From: a bacterium
GTDB lineage: Bacteria; Electryoneota; JAOADG01
Assembly: GCA_963681965.1 (NCBI GenBank)
Contig: OY820579.1
Coordinates: 768,001-832,000, forward strand
Direction of reading: 5' to 3'
DNA length: 64,000 nucleotides
Shown here: in pieces, positions 38,303 through 48,272 of the stretch
How the letters are laid out: every line of letters begins with the position of its first letter
How positions within the stretch are numbered: the first letter of the stretch is position 1
Translations under genes and position numbers: made by a program
The notes under the pieces: model-generated
Databases searched by the model: none
Seen by the model: only the letters and a program-made list of their open reading frames with translations
What the model was told of the DNA's origin: nothing

Positions 38303-39552
38303 TTTCGCATCCCCGTCGCTTGTTTTTGCCATGCACGTGCCCACTCTGCTTCGGGGGTGGTTTCAAAGGCGCTCATGCGATCGTCGATAGCAAACCAGCG
38401 TTGCCAACCATCGCATGTCATGGCGATCGCCAGCCGATCGGCTGCGGTCTCCGGTTGATCCAGATCCAACTGCAACTTGCCGATCCACTGCTTGCGGCGG
38501 ATATCTGCTGAGAGATTAGTATCAAGTGCGGTAATTGGTACTTCGATTGAATGAAAGCAGGCACAATCCATGCGGAGTGCGGTTTGGTGGTCGGTTTCCA
38601 TTCCTCCACTCACCCATGCCAGCATCACATCGCGATTGCGTACCGGTAGTGAGATCTTTACCTTGTAATTGACGCTCGGTTGTAAGAATGGTGAAAAACC
38701 GCGTTCAGTAGTCGCTTGGGGTGAAGCCAAATGCCAAGTCGACCAATACAAATTTGCCAGCGTTATTGCCTCGTTGCCGTCAATCGCACCAACCGCAGCG
38801 ATACCGATCGATGCATGTTGGAGTAACATCTGCCAATACTCATCCAAACGACCATCGACTACTGGCATCGTTCCGATATTTCCAGACTGAACAAAGTAAC
38901 TGGTATTGAACCCAAAGTCGGGATACCCTTGATTGATCCTTTGTCGCAGTACCCACTCGTCGATCCAGACCGGGTTTTCGAATTGTTCACGCAGGTACGG
39001 CAGGAACGCATCCAGTGTGTTTGGCGTTAGTCGATAGCGGATGATCGTTGCGGTACCGAGCGATTGTGCTTTTTCATGGCACCAAACCGAAGGTATGGAA
39101 AGCTTCCGTTTAACGGATACGGTTTTCTCCTCTAAAAGCCGCTCGTGATCGGAGTAAATCGCGAAATTGTTTGTATTTTTAATATCGTCGGTACCATCTT
39201 CTTCAATCAAATGATTTAAGAGACTGTCGCGTTCCTGTAAAAAGCTTATACCGATCTGTTCGGTAACCATATTTCGCGGCAGGGAAGCGTTCCAGAGCTG
39301 AGCGCATAATTGTGGCAAGCGCTCGCCGTAACGGGCGAGTTCCGGTTCGTCGAATCGAACGATGACCGAGATAACCAAGTCTTCTTGTTCGGGGCGCGAC
39401 CATACGACCATTCTCGGTTCTAGACCGATTTCACGTTCGTAAAGATCGCTCTCGATATTGGGAAGCGTTTGTGCGATCGTCGCTGAAACGAACAAGCCGA
39501 GTATCGCGGTAGTAAGCGATAGGAAGCTAGATTTGAGTACTATTAGTTTCAT
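38299..39552 (-). CDS. Exported hypothetical protein, possibly divergent M16-like
   Basis: Signal peptide; IAAVGAID...AITLANLYWSTW resembles the M16 inactive-domain motif. Confidence 0.5.
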   Translation of the reverse strand: MKLIVLKSSFLSLTTAILGLFVSATIAQTLPNIESDLYEREIGLEPRMVVWSRPEQEDLVISVIVRFDEPELARYGERLPQLCAQLWNASLPRNMVTEQIGISFLQERDSLLNHLIEEDGTDDIKNTNNFAIYSDHERLLEEKTVSVKRKLSIPSVWCHEKAQSLGTATIIRYRLTPNTLDAFLPYLREQFENPVWIDEWVLRQRINQGYPDFGFNTSYFVQSGNIGTMPVVDGRLDEYWQMLLQHASIGIAAVGAIDGNEAITLANLYWSTWHLASPQATTERGFSPFLQPSVNYKVKISLPVRNRDVMLAWVSGGMETDHQTALRMDCACFHSIEVPITALDTNLSADIRRKQWIGKLQLDLDQPETAADRLAIAMTCDGWQRWFAIDDRMSAFETTPEAEWARAWQKQATGMRK

Positions 39553-39575
39553 TTTCACGGTAAGAGGCAACAACT

Positions 39576-40160
39576 ATGATAATAAGATACGGATTATTTT
39601 TAACGGCTGCAGTGATCGTACTCTCAGCGTACGGTTCGGCGATTGCTGCCGACACTGAACCGCCGTCGTCGATACTGAAAGAGGGAAAATGTCTCGTAAC
39701 GAAGGAAAGCGCGAGTAAATACCCGGATTGGGTCGTATGCAACAAATCCAGCGATGGCACCTGGAACGTGTTTATTGGAATGAAGACCTTTTTAGCATAC
39801 GTCAATGAACCGGAAAAGTACATTGGATCGAAGGTGCGACATTCCGGAACCGTGTTGATCAAAGACCACAAAACCCATAAGTGGATTTCGGCGCTGTTTG
39901 CATATTTTGTTGTCGGCGAAAAAATTATAGGACCGTTTGGGCGCGATGCTGTGGCGTTCGCGGAAAAAGAAGATGCCGAAAATTATCAGAAAAAAGTCGG
40001 AGGAGTGGCGGTTTTAAGAATGATGGATCTGCGCAAATCGGTGTTGGCATTTTTAAACAACTCCAAGCCGGATACCGCCGATGCCGATTCGGTAATTGTA
40101 CCCAAAGTCATCGATATCAAAAACGCACCCCGATCCGGAACACCTTCCAATCCTCATTAA
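39576..40160 (+). CDS. NosL-family protein (degenerate)
   Basis: IKDH.T.KWISA..AYFVVG..I.GPFG...VAFA..EDA..Y....GG matches the NosL pattern. Confidence 0.72.
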   Translation: MIIRYGLFLTAAVIVLSAYGSAIAADTEPPSSILKEGKCLVTKESASKYPDWVVCNKSSDGTWNVFIGMKTFLAYVNEPEKYIGSKVRHSGTVLIKDHKTHKWISALFAYFVVGEKIIGPFGRDAVAFAEKEDAENYQKKVGGVAVLRMMDLRKSVLAFLNNSKPDTADADSVIVPKVIDIKNAPRSGTPSNPH

Positions 40161-40571
40161 TCCTTTTTGGATTTTATTCATCAAATCGGAGTGCATTGTG
40201 CTCCGATTTTAATTTATTTTGATAAGATGTTGATTTTTTCAAAATTGAAGAATATTTCACATTTTTTGGCGGTTTCTATTGCATTTACTTTCTATTGCAA
40301 CTAGATTTCAATAAAGCCGCAATTTGCTGCGGTTCTTGTTCGCGTTTCTGTTTTTAACCAGATACGACAAAACATCAGGCAACTGGTAATAGAAATCCAT
40401 CGCGACCGAGGCAGCTGGGGGAGTTGCCAATAAGTCGTTTGGGTAATCAATACTCTCCTCCGAGAAATATCGTCTCTTAGAGTAAGCTGTGATAAAGTAT
40501 TGAAAATTCGATGAATTTGGTTTTGGGTGCAAAGTAAGAACACAAATACAATCATTTTTGGTGTGTTTCGC

Positions 40572-40640
40572 TTGACAATTCCTACCGGTTTAGTGTATTA
40601 TGCCGTCGAACACCGGAACAAGTAGGTCTTTCCAAACGTA
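40572..40640 (+). promoter_or_regulatory. Tandem sigma-70 and ECF-type promoters of the ECF sigma gene
   Basis: TTGACA-N18-TATTAT (40572-40601) and GGAAC-N17-CGTA (40615-40640). Confidence 0.6.
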
Positions 40641-40665
40641 ATCAGACTACCAGTAGGAGTATAAA

Positions 40666-41343
40666 ATGAAAATGTCAGCCGCATTAAAAGCCAGTGCAAC
40701 CACTCTTGATTTCCCGGTAATCAGCCAAAAGCCGATGGGTGGAGTGTTACAGTGGAGTGAAGTAAAAGAGGCAGAAGATAGTTTGTTGATCGAACGATCG
40801 ATGGCAGGCGACGCTTTGGCATTTCATACGTTGGTGGAACGATATCGCACCCGCGTCGCGGCAATTGCCTATCAGATCATCGGTAATTACGAAGATGCGC
40901 GCGATGTTTCGCAAGAAGTTTTCGTAAAACTATTTCGCAGTCTAAATACTTTTGATGCCGACAAGAAATTTTTTACTTGGTTGTACCGCATGACTGTGAA
41001 CGCGAGTATCGATTTTCTACGGTCGCGCCGAAAACGTAATCTTGAAAACAGTATCGAAGACCAACCGGAGTATTATCAGGAAACGATCGCTCATCCTGAT
41101 GGCGACGGTTTTGCACGGTTTGAATCGAATGAATTGACGAATCTGTTCCGCGAAATCGCGGATCGATTAAATCCCAATCAGCGAACTGCGTTTGTCTTGT
41201 GCGATTTGGAAGGTTTTACACCGGCGGAAGCGGCAAACATTATGGGATGTCCGAAAGTAACCTTGCGATGGTATTTGCACGAAGCCCGGAAACGGATTCG
41301 GAATGAAATGGTAAAGCAATACCCGGAATACGTTCGGAATTAG
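40666..41343 (+). CDS. ECF sigma factor (RpoE/SigW-like)
   Basis: GD..AF..LVERY, EDARDVSQEVFVK, FFTWLYRMTVN.SID and region-4 HTH. Confidence 0.92.
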   Translation: MKMSAALKASATTLDFPVISQKPMGGVLQWSEVKEAEDSLLIERSMAGDALAFHTLVERYRTRVAAIAYQIIGNYEDARDVSQEVFVKLFRSLNTFDADKKFFTWLYRMTVNASIDFLRSRRKRNLENSIEDQPEYYQETIAHPDGDGFARFESNELTNLFREIADRLNPNQRTAFVLCDLEGFTPAEAANIMGCPKVTLRWYLHEARKRIRNEMVKQYPEYVRN

Positions 41344-41391
41344 CATTTCTAGCTACTATCCCGGAGGGGAGGATTGTAGCGATTGAAAGCG

Positions 41392-41427
41392 AATACGGCA
41401 GGCGTTTACGTCTGCCGTATTTCTTTT
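41392..41427 (+). terminator. Hairpin/terminator between sigma and anti-sigma genes
   Basis: AATACGGCAGGCG-TTTA-CGTCTGCCGTATT-TCTTTT. Confidence 0.6.
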
Positions 41428-41487
41428 AGCATCTGTCTGCTCATTTTCATAAATTCTATCGTATCACACATAGAACAAGAGTAGAGG

Positions 41488-41958
41488 TTGTTTTTGAATT
41501 GTAGTGAAGTGAATACGCTAGTGCTGGAAGCCATATCTGGATCGTTGGATGACGTTCGACGGAGAGCCTTCGAACAACATTTGGACCAGTGCGAACCGTG
41601 TCGGGAAATGGTTGCTTGTAAACGTATTCACAACCATCACCTCAAAGAACAGCGTGAGTATCAATCCCAAGACGACTTCTGGCAAGGATTTCATAAAAAA
41701 ATATCGCGTGACATCAATCAACCGGAAACATTACCCGAACGATTCGATCGCTGGCGCTTGACTAACTTTCCGGCAGCATTTTGTCAATTCAGTACACTCG
41801 GGTTGTTGAAAGTCGTTTTGCTGGGCTTGATGGTAACGCTTTCGATTTTGCTGTTTCGCGATGAAACCGAGCTGTCGCACGCACAAGATCCGGTGGTGAT
41901 CAGTGTCGAACGCGATTCTACCGGAACTCCGCTCTATCAGGCGCTGCCCGCAAAATGA
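41488..41958 (+). CDS. Zinc-binding (zf-HC2/ZAS) membrane anti-sigma factor
   Basis: N-terminal NC...HLDQCEPC motif, one TM segment; TTG start with GAGG RBS. Confidence 0.82.
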   Translation: MFLNCSEVNTLVLEAISGSLDDVRRRAFEQHLDQCEPCREMVACKRIHNHHLKEQREYQSQDDFWQGFHKKISRDINQPETLPERFDRWRLTNFPAAFCQFSTLGLLKVVLLGLMVTLSILLFRDETELSHAQDPVVISVERDSTGTPLYQALPAK

Positions 41959-42974
41959 CGCAATCCAATCGCTCCCATTTGGCACTCTGTTGCCTGTTGA
42001 TACTCCAATTTTCATTCATCGGATGCTCTCGGTCATCGAAAACATTGGTTGAAATGGATCGCGAAATGCGTTCGCTGGCGATGATACTTTCACCATCGAT
42101 TGTTGTGTTACAACCGATAACCGATAATGGTGAACAGGCTGGCTTAATCGGATCGGCAGTATCGATCGGTAAACACGGGGAGTTGCTAACAACCGCGTCA
42201 ATTCTGAGTGATGGGCGCCCATTGCAAGCATTATTATCGAACGGAGTGACAGTCCCGGTAACACTTGTTGGAGCGGACTGGGAAGCAAATCTGGCATTGT
42301 TGAAATTGGAAACCGGTATTACCGTTCCCGAAGTAGCGCTAGTGGGTCCGTCGGAAATTTCGGTCGGTCAACTGGGATTTTTGATTGGTACTGCTCCGAT
42401 GGTGCAAGGCGCGTTCATTACCTACGGCACGATGGCGATCAGCTCGTTAGGTGGCGACGACCCATATAACGACCGCCTCTTCGCTTTAATGTCCACGAGT
42501 ATGTTGGCTCGTCCCGGATCGCCGGTATTCAATACTTCGGGTCAAATCATCGGTATGATCGACGGTCGGATGCAAGTGCCGAACGGAGGCTGCTGGAGCG
42601 TTATTCCGTTGCGCTCAATTCGAAAATTACTTCCATTGCTTGAACTTGGTGGAGGGGTTCCGCGGGGATTTTTAGGAATCATACCCGGGAAATTGGCTGA
42701 AACGAATAGCGGTGTAGGAATAACTGTCGCCGCGATCGAACCGAATTCGCCGGCAGAAGCCAATGGATTAAAGGCGGGCGACATCATTTTCGAAGTCGAC
42801 AATGTGCGAATGGCGCATGTCTCGAGTTTGCGGATTGCGATCACTTCGAAACCAAATTCGAATATAACCTTGAAGTACTTGCGTACGGGTCAAGTAAATA
42901 CAATCACTGTCAAACCAGAAAGCCGCGTTATTACAGCTAACGATGCAACCCGCAACCCGAACCGGAAGTTATAG
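41955..42974 (+). CDS. HtrA/DegS-like trypsin-fold + PDZ lipoprotein, catalytic triad degenerate
   Basis: GSAVSI, VGAD, PVFNTSGQIIG, RGFLGI and SPAEANGLKAGDII; lipobox FIGC. Confidence 0.82.
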   Translation: MTQSNRSHLALCCLLILQFSFIGCSRSSKTLVEMDREMRSLAMILSPSIVVLQPITDNGEQAGLIGSAVSIGKHGELLTTASILSDGRPLQALLSNGVTVPVTLVGADWEANLALLKLETGITVPEVALVGPSEISVGQLGFLIGTAPMVQGAFITYGTMAISSLGGDDPYNDRLFALMSTSMLARPGSPVFNTSGQIIGMIDGRMQVPNGGCWSVIPLRSIRKLLPLLELGGGVPRGFLGIIPGKLAETNSGVGITVAAIEPNSPAEANGLKAGDIIFEVDNVRMAHVSSLRIAITSKPNSNITLKYLRTGQVNTITVKPESRVITANDATRNPNRKL

Positions 42975-43039
42975 CAGTACGATCGGTCTCTCGATACGCT
43001 TACGCGACTTTCGAATTTATTTCCCATTGGAATTATGCT

Positions 43040-44530
43040 ATGAATACTTCAACCTCACCGTTACCGGATCCGGAATTTATTAAACGTACACTTAGTTCCG
43101 AACCGGGTGCAGAACCGCAAATTGCCGGTACAAAAGAAGAATCGCCGTATCATAAACACCCGATCGAACCAACCAAATTCTCGATTACTCCGCTGGAATT
43201 GGAAGCGCATCTCAATCAATTTGTCATCGGTCAAAAAGATGCGGTGTCGATGCTCGCCACGAAAATTGCCACGCATTACAACCGCATGCGGCTCGAAAGT
43301 ACGCATCCGGAAATGCCACACATCGTCGGAAATATCAAACCGAATGTGATTTTAATCGGTCCGACTGGAGTCGGTAAAACCTATATCGTGAAGTTGATTG
43401 CCGATTACATAAAAGTTCCGTTCGTCAAGGGCGATGCAACCAAATTCAGTGAAACCGGTTACGTCGGCGGCGACGTCGAGGACTTGATCCGCGAATTGGT
43501 TCACGTCGCCGGCGGTAACATCGCTACAGCGGAACGGGGTATTGTTTATATCGATGAAATCGATAAGATTGCCGCGGCACAAAATGTTGTCGGTCTCGAT
43601 GTCTCGCGTACCGGTGTGCAACGGAATCTCTTGAAGATCATGGAAGAGACCGAAGTCGATATGAAAGTGCCGCACGACATCGCCTCCCAAATGGAAGCGG
43701 TGATTGAATTGCAGCGTACCGGAAAAGCCGAGCGCAAGATCGTAAATACGCGAAACATTCTGTTCATTGTCAGTGGTGCGTTTTCGCATCTGGATGAAAT
43801 TGTGCTTAAACGGTTGCGGGGCGGTACGATTGGTTTCGGCAAACAGCTTGGCGAGGCTATGGATGGATATCAGTGGGCGAAACATCTTGCTTCGCAGGAT
43901 TTGATCAATTACGGGTTCGAGACTGAATTTGTCGGACGATTGCCGGTTTTGGTGAAGATGCAACAGTTGACCGTTGACGACCTGTATCAAATACTAAAAT
44001 CGCCGACCGGATCGGTGATGCAGGGCAAAAAACGGGATTTTCAGGCGTACGAAATCGATCTCGATTTTTCCGATGAAGCGTTAATGATGTTAGCCGAACA
44101 AGCCGCTACCGAGGGAACCGGCGCACGCGGAATCTTAGCGGTGATGGAACGATTATTATTGCCGTTTGAGAAAATGTTACCGGGTCGAGTTAACCAATTC
44201 ACCGTAACAAAAGAGACGATCGAACAACCTGAAAATGAATTGAAACGAATTTTGGAACAGGCGGCGATCAAACAATTTCAGTACGAGATGATGGTAGAAA
44301 CGGGAATTGCCTTCCGGTTGCCGGATGAAACTGCGCGCTGGGCACACAATCAGGCAACCACCGAGAGCGTCGAGGTGGTAACGCTACTCAAAGAACGTTT
44401 GAAGAACTACCCCTACGGTCTTAAATTGATGGGATTATCCGAATTCGAAGTACCAGTCGCCGCGTTGGAGCAACCGCAGGAATATTTGGATGCGAAAATC
44501 AAGCTATCGTTTGCGGTAAAGAAGGATTAG
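43040..44530 (+). CDS. ClpX-like AAA+ ATPase lacking the N-terminal zinc-binding domain
   Basis: VIGQ, GPTGVGKT, ETGYVG.DVE, IVYIDEIDK, IGFG loop, EFVGRLPV, GARG. Confidence 0.88.
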   Translation: MNTSTSPLPDPEFIKRTLSSEPGAEPQIAGTKEESPYHKHPIEPTKFSITPLELEAHLNQFVIGQKDAVSMLATKIATHYNRMRLESTHPEMPHIVGNIKPNVILIGPTGVGKTYIVKLIADYIKVPFVKGDATKFSETGYVGGDVEDLIRELVHVAGGNIATAERGIVYIDEIDKIAAAQNVVGLDVSRTGVQRNLLKIMEETEVDMKVPHDIASQMEAVIELQRTGKAERKIVNTRNILFIVSGAFSHLDEIVLKRLRGGTIGFGKQLGEAMDGYQWAKHLASQDLINYGFETEFVGRLPVLVKMQQLTVDDLYQILKSPTGSVMQGKKRDFQAYEIDLDFSDEALMMLAEQAATEGTGARGILAVMERLLLPFEKMLPGRVNQFTVTKETIEQPENELKRILEQAAIKQFQYEMMVETGIAFRLPDETARWAHNQATTESVEVVTLLKERLKNYPYGLKLMGLSEFEVPVAALEQPQEYLDAKIKLSFAVKKD

Positions 44531-44532
44531 TT

Positions 44533-44739
44533 ATGTCGAAAACATCGTTATCGATTAAAGGTATGACTTGCGACCATTGTAAAGCCGCCGTTGAACGTGC
44601 GCTGGGAAAAGTACCCGGTGTTGTCACCGTTTCGGTCGATCGAATTGCCGGCTCCGCCGAATTGGATATCGGCGACAATGATGTTCCCCGGGAAAACTTG
44701 ATCGCTGCAATCGAAAAAGCCGGTTTCGAGGCGAAGTAA
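44533..44739 (+). CDS. copZ: Heavy-metal-associated (CopZ-like) chaperone
   Basis: GMTCDHC motif; 68 aa. Confidence 0.85.
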   Translation: MSKTSLSIKGMTCDHCKAAVERALGKVPGVVTVSVDRIAGSAELDIGDNDVPRENLIAAIEKAGFEAK

Positions 44740-44795
44740 ATCACCATTCATTTACAATTCTGGATACTATTGAACCATCTACTTTTGAGGTAATC

Positions 44796-45896
44796 ATGCC
44801 CGCTAAATTATCGCCACTTTGTCGTCCGACAGTAGGAACCATTACCCCTTACGAACCGGGAAAACCAATCTCCGAAGTACAACGTGAATACGGTGTGACC
44901 GATGTTGTGAAATTGGCATCGAATGAAAACCCACTCGGACCGTCGCCGAAAGCGATGGCGGCTGTTCAGGCGGCAATTGCGGAATTGAATCGGTATCCCG
45001 ATGGCGCCGGATATTTTTTAAAAGAGAAATTGGCGCTGGTTCACAATGTTCCCTCGAATTGGTTAGTATTGGGCAATGGTTCGACCGAGTTGGTGGAATT
45101 GGTGACCGAAGCATTTATCAACGAAGGTGAAGAAGCGGTTATCGGCAAATACGAATTCTTCAAGTATCGGATTGCGATGCAGATAATGAATGGTGTCGTG
45201 CGTTGGGTCGATATGCCGAATTTGGGATACGATGCCGAAGCGATGATTGCCGCCATAACCGATCGCACGAAATTGTTGTTTATTGCCAATCCGAACAATC
45301 CAACCGGCACACTGATGTCTCGCGATCAGGTAGCATGGCTGATGGATCATGTACCTCCGCATGTGATCGTGATTTTTGACGAAGCTTACTACGAATATCG
45401 CAATCCCGAAACTTACCCCGACACCATGCCGTATGTCCGGGAAGGGCGCAATGTCGTCATCTTCCGGACGTTTTCGAAAGCCTATGGCATCGCTGGATTG
45501 CGCACCGGGTATGCGATCACGACACCGGAAATTGCACAGGCGATGAATACCGTTCGGGAAGCGTTTAACGTAAATTCGTTGGGTCAGATCGCTGCCGCGG
45601 CAGCACTCGACGATGTCGAATTTTTAAGACAAGGCATTGCGTTGAATTCGGCAGGAAAGAGCGTCTATTATCGCGAATTGGCAAAATTGGGACTTGAATT
45701 TGTCCCGACTGAGGCAAATTTTATCTTGGTGAAAACGCCCCTCCCCGGACGCAAGTTATTCCATGAATTACTGAAGCGCGGTGTTGTCGTTCGACCGGTT
45801 GATGGTTACGATTTAGCGGAATACGTTCGGGTTTCAGTCGGTTTACCGGAGGAAAACGCTAAATTCTTTGCCGCAATTGCCGACGTACTTCATTGA
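44796..45896 (+). CDS. hisC: Histidinol-phosphate aminotransferase
   Basis: YEPGKP, KLASNENP, NPNNPTG, DEAY, RTFSKAYG.AGLR.GY. Confidence 0.93.
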   Translation: MPAKLSPLCRPTVGTITPYEPGKPISEVQREYGVTDVVKLASNENPLGPSPKAMAAVQAAIAELNRYPDGAGYFLKEKLALVHNVPSNWLVLGNGSTELVELVTEAFINEGEEAVIGKYEFFKYRIAMQIMNGVVRWVDMPNLGYDAEAMIAAITDRTKLLFIANPNNPTGTLMSRDQVAWLMDHVPPHVIVIFDEAYYEYRNPETYPDTMPYVREGRNVVIFRTFSKAYGIAGLRTGYAITTPEIAQAMNTVREAFNVNSLGQIAAAAALDDVEFLRQGIALNSAGKSVYYRELAKLGLEFVPTEANFILVKTPLPGRKLFHELLKRGVVVRPVDGYDLAEYVRVSVGLPEENAKFFAAIADVLH

Positions 45897-45926
45897 TCAA
45901 AAGCGGCTAAATACTCTCTGAAGAGG

Positions 45927-45952
45927 AACGCAGGCGATTGCCTGCGTTTTTT
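45927..45952 (+). terminator. Intrinsic terminator
   Basis: AACGCAGGC-GATT-GCCTGCGTT-TTTT. Confidence 0.82.
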
Positions 45953-46204
45953 ACTAGTTGAAATTAGAGTTCCATAACGATATATTCATGACTTCAAATT
46001 CGAACGTTTCTCGTGTATGAATATGAAATTATGAAATTCAGAGATTATTTTTTGTTAGTCTATTACCGATATATATAATAATAGTGCTTTTGAAACATCC
46101 AATTATCGAACGACCTGTTTCAACAATCGGTCATATCTAGTTAGGATAACGACTTATCAATGGCGTAATTTATTGGGTAAGCTTTTGATTCTATTTTATA
46201 TCAG

Positions 46205-46963
46205 GTGAATGTGCAAAACGGCTTATTATTAACCTCAGACACCGATTTGGTGCGTTATATCGGTCAAGCTACCGCCGGCTCGGACTGTGTGTTGCGCGTC
46301 CGAAATTCCGCCGAGAGTTTTGTGGCTGAAGTGTCGCACCGGTTGGTCGATTGGGTGGCTATTGATTTTTCCGAAGACAGCAGTGCCCGTCGAATGCTGT
46401 TTAATCGGGTACCACGCGTTACGAACAAAATTGCGATTCTCGCAAGCGATCCGGATCAAACTCTCCAGTCGTTCACTGGTTCGAATTTTACGGTAATTCA
46501 GCGCAAACTTCCCTATCATCAACTTCGCACGGCATTGGGTATTACCGGATCCTACTTTGTTCCGGTTGTAAGCAATGTGAGTGGGTTGGTGGTGATTGCG
46601 GATAAAGAGAATTCGTTTACTGCTCGATTGGCGAATGACCTGATGACGCTAGGATTCGAAGTACTATTACCTAAACATGCGGTAGAAGCTGTCAGACTGG
46701 TGCGTGAACGGCACCCCAGCAGTGTGATAATTGGCTTTAATGCGTTTTCTACACCGGGATCGGAAATCTGTCGCGCCATTCGACGGATCGGAATGAAACC
46801 GGAACCCAAATTGTATGTAACCACCGACCTCGTGACCAACGAAAAAAACGTCGAAGCGCTTGCTGCCGGTGCCGAAGTACTATATGGCTACTCCTTGGAT
46901 AACAGCGATCTGATTGGAAAAATTATTACCAACGCGCAATCCGAAGCAGATAGGTCAGACTAA
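46205..46963 (+). CDS. Protein with two degenerate receiver-like domains
   Basis: VVIAD..., GFEV....AVEAV.LV....P..VIIG, GSEICRAIR and ALAAGAE patterns. Confidence 0.65.
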   Translation: MNVQNGLLLTSDTDLVRYIGQATAGSDCVLRVRNSAESFVAEVSHRLVDWVAIDFSEDSSARRMLFNRVPRVTNKIAILASDPDQTLQSFTGSNFTVIQRKLPYHQLRTALGITGSYFVPVVSNVSGLVVIADKENSFTARLANDLMTLGFEVLLPKHAVEAVRLVRERHPSSVIIGFNAFSTPGSEICRAIRRIGMKPEPKLYVTTDLVTNEKNVEALAAGAEVLYGYSLDNSDLIGKIITNAQSEADRSD

Positions 46964-46965
46964 CA

Positions 46966-48144
46966 ATGCGGTTGCTTCGAATCGATGAAATACCGGAAAA
47001 CACACCACTCGGACAATCGATTTTCGACGAGCGAGGACATTTGTTGCTTGGTGAAGGATATCCCTTGCGACAATACGAACTCTCGCGAATTCGATCGTTG
47101 GGCTACGATATTCTGTATGTAAATACTCCCGAAAGCGAAAAGGTAACCATTGTTCCGGTGTTGTCGGCACGAGTCGATTCGCAATTGCACAAGTTATTGT
47201 TCGAGCAATTCGATCAAATTTCATCTGCAATTAAATCGGTAAAACTACCCCCTGAAAAAATCGCCACAGATTTTGATAACATCCCCGAATTAAGAGAAGT
47301 ATTGAATATCAATAACGCCGTAATGGGGTCGCGGTTACTGATCGAGGAACTCGAGCTGAAGGGGATGGAACCGCTTGACATGCTCTTGCTGAAAGGGAAG
47401 ATCAACTATCTTCGCGATCACTCGATCAACACCGCAATCATGTCGGTTTTACTCGGATATCGCTTCGGTTTACGGCGCAACGATCTGATTGAAATTTCGC
47501 TGGCTGCCATGATGCATTGCTGTGGCTTGCTGTTCATACCGCAATTTATCGGACGCGACGAAATCACTTTCACCGATTCCGAGTGGCAACAGTATCAACT
47601 TTATCCGACACTTTCCGAACGGTGTATCGGAGCGTCGACGGATCGTTTTTTCCGGGCTCGTCGCGCGATTCTCGAACACCGTGAGAAGCAGGATGGAACC
47701 GGTTTCCCCTGCAAGATTCGCGGTGCCAACCGGAAACCGAATTTTCAAGATACCAACGGTCATGAATTCATTTACCCGATGGCGGAGATTATTGCGGTTG
47801 CTGCGGCATTCGATGAATACGTCGGTCGCGGTTTCGGTCTCCCGATGTCGCTGGAAGAAGCCGGATTGAATATTATCGCTCGAATCGGTCACGATTTGAA
47901 TACTGGAATCGTCGAAACGTGGCTCAATACCTGTTCGATATTCCCGCCGGGAGTTACAATTCGGGTGATTCGGTGCGACGACAAACAATTGGTTGGCGGC
48001 TTGGGAATTATTCAAAAATCCAATTGGGATAAACCACATCACCCCCGAGTTGTTATGTTGCAGGATGGTCAGGGTAAACGACTCGATCAACTCGAAGCCG
48101 ACTTTGCCAAATTTTCCATTTCTCAAATTCGGATGATTTTATAA
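46966..48144 (+). CDS. HD-GYP-like protein, catalytic motifs degenerate
   Basis: DHSINTA, MHCCG, EHREKQDGTGFP, IIAVAAAFD, IFPPG. Confidence 0.78.
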   Translation: MRLLRIDEIPENTPLGQSIFDERGHLLLGEGYPLRQYELSRIRSLGYDILYVNTPESEKVTIVPVLSARVDSQLHKLLFEQFDQISSAIKSVKLPPEKIATDFDNIPELREVLNINNAVMGSRLLIEELELKGMEPLDMLLLKGKINYLRDHSINTAIMSVLLGYRFGLRRNDLIEISLAAMMHCCGLLFIPQFIGRDEITFTDSEWQQYQLYPTLSERCIGASTDRFFRARRAILEHREKQDGTGFPCKIRGANRKPNFQDTNGHEFIYPMAEIIAVAAAFDEYVGRGFGLPMSLEEAGLNIIARIGHDLNTGIVETWLNTCSIFPPGVTIRVIRCDDKQLVGGLGIIQKSNWDKPHHPRVVMLQDGQGKRLDQLEADFAKFSISQIRMIL

Positions 48145-48272
48145 CTCCGCTTATTTGCAAGACTTCGATTACTTCAATTCGCCCCAGTTTTACAAATCCG
48201 ATAGCGTGGTGTAAATTCGTGCTATCTCGAAAAAATCAGTAGAGATATCGTTTATTGAGGTTGTAACCCACA

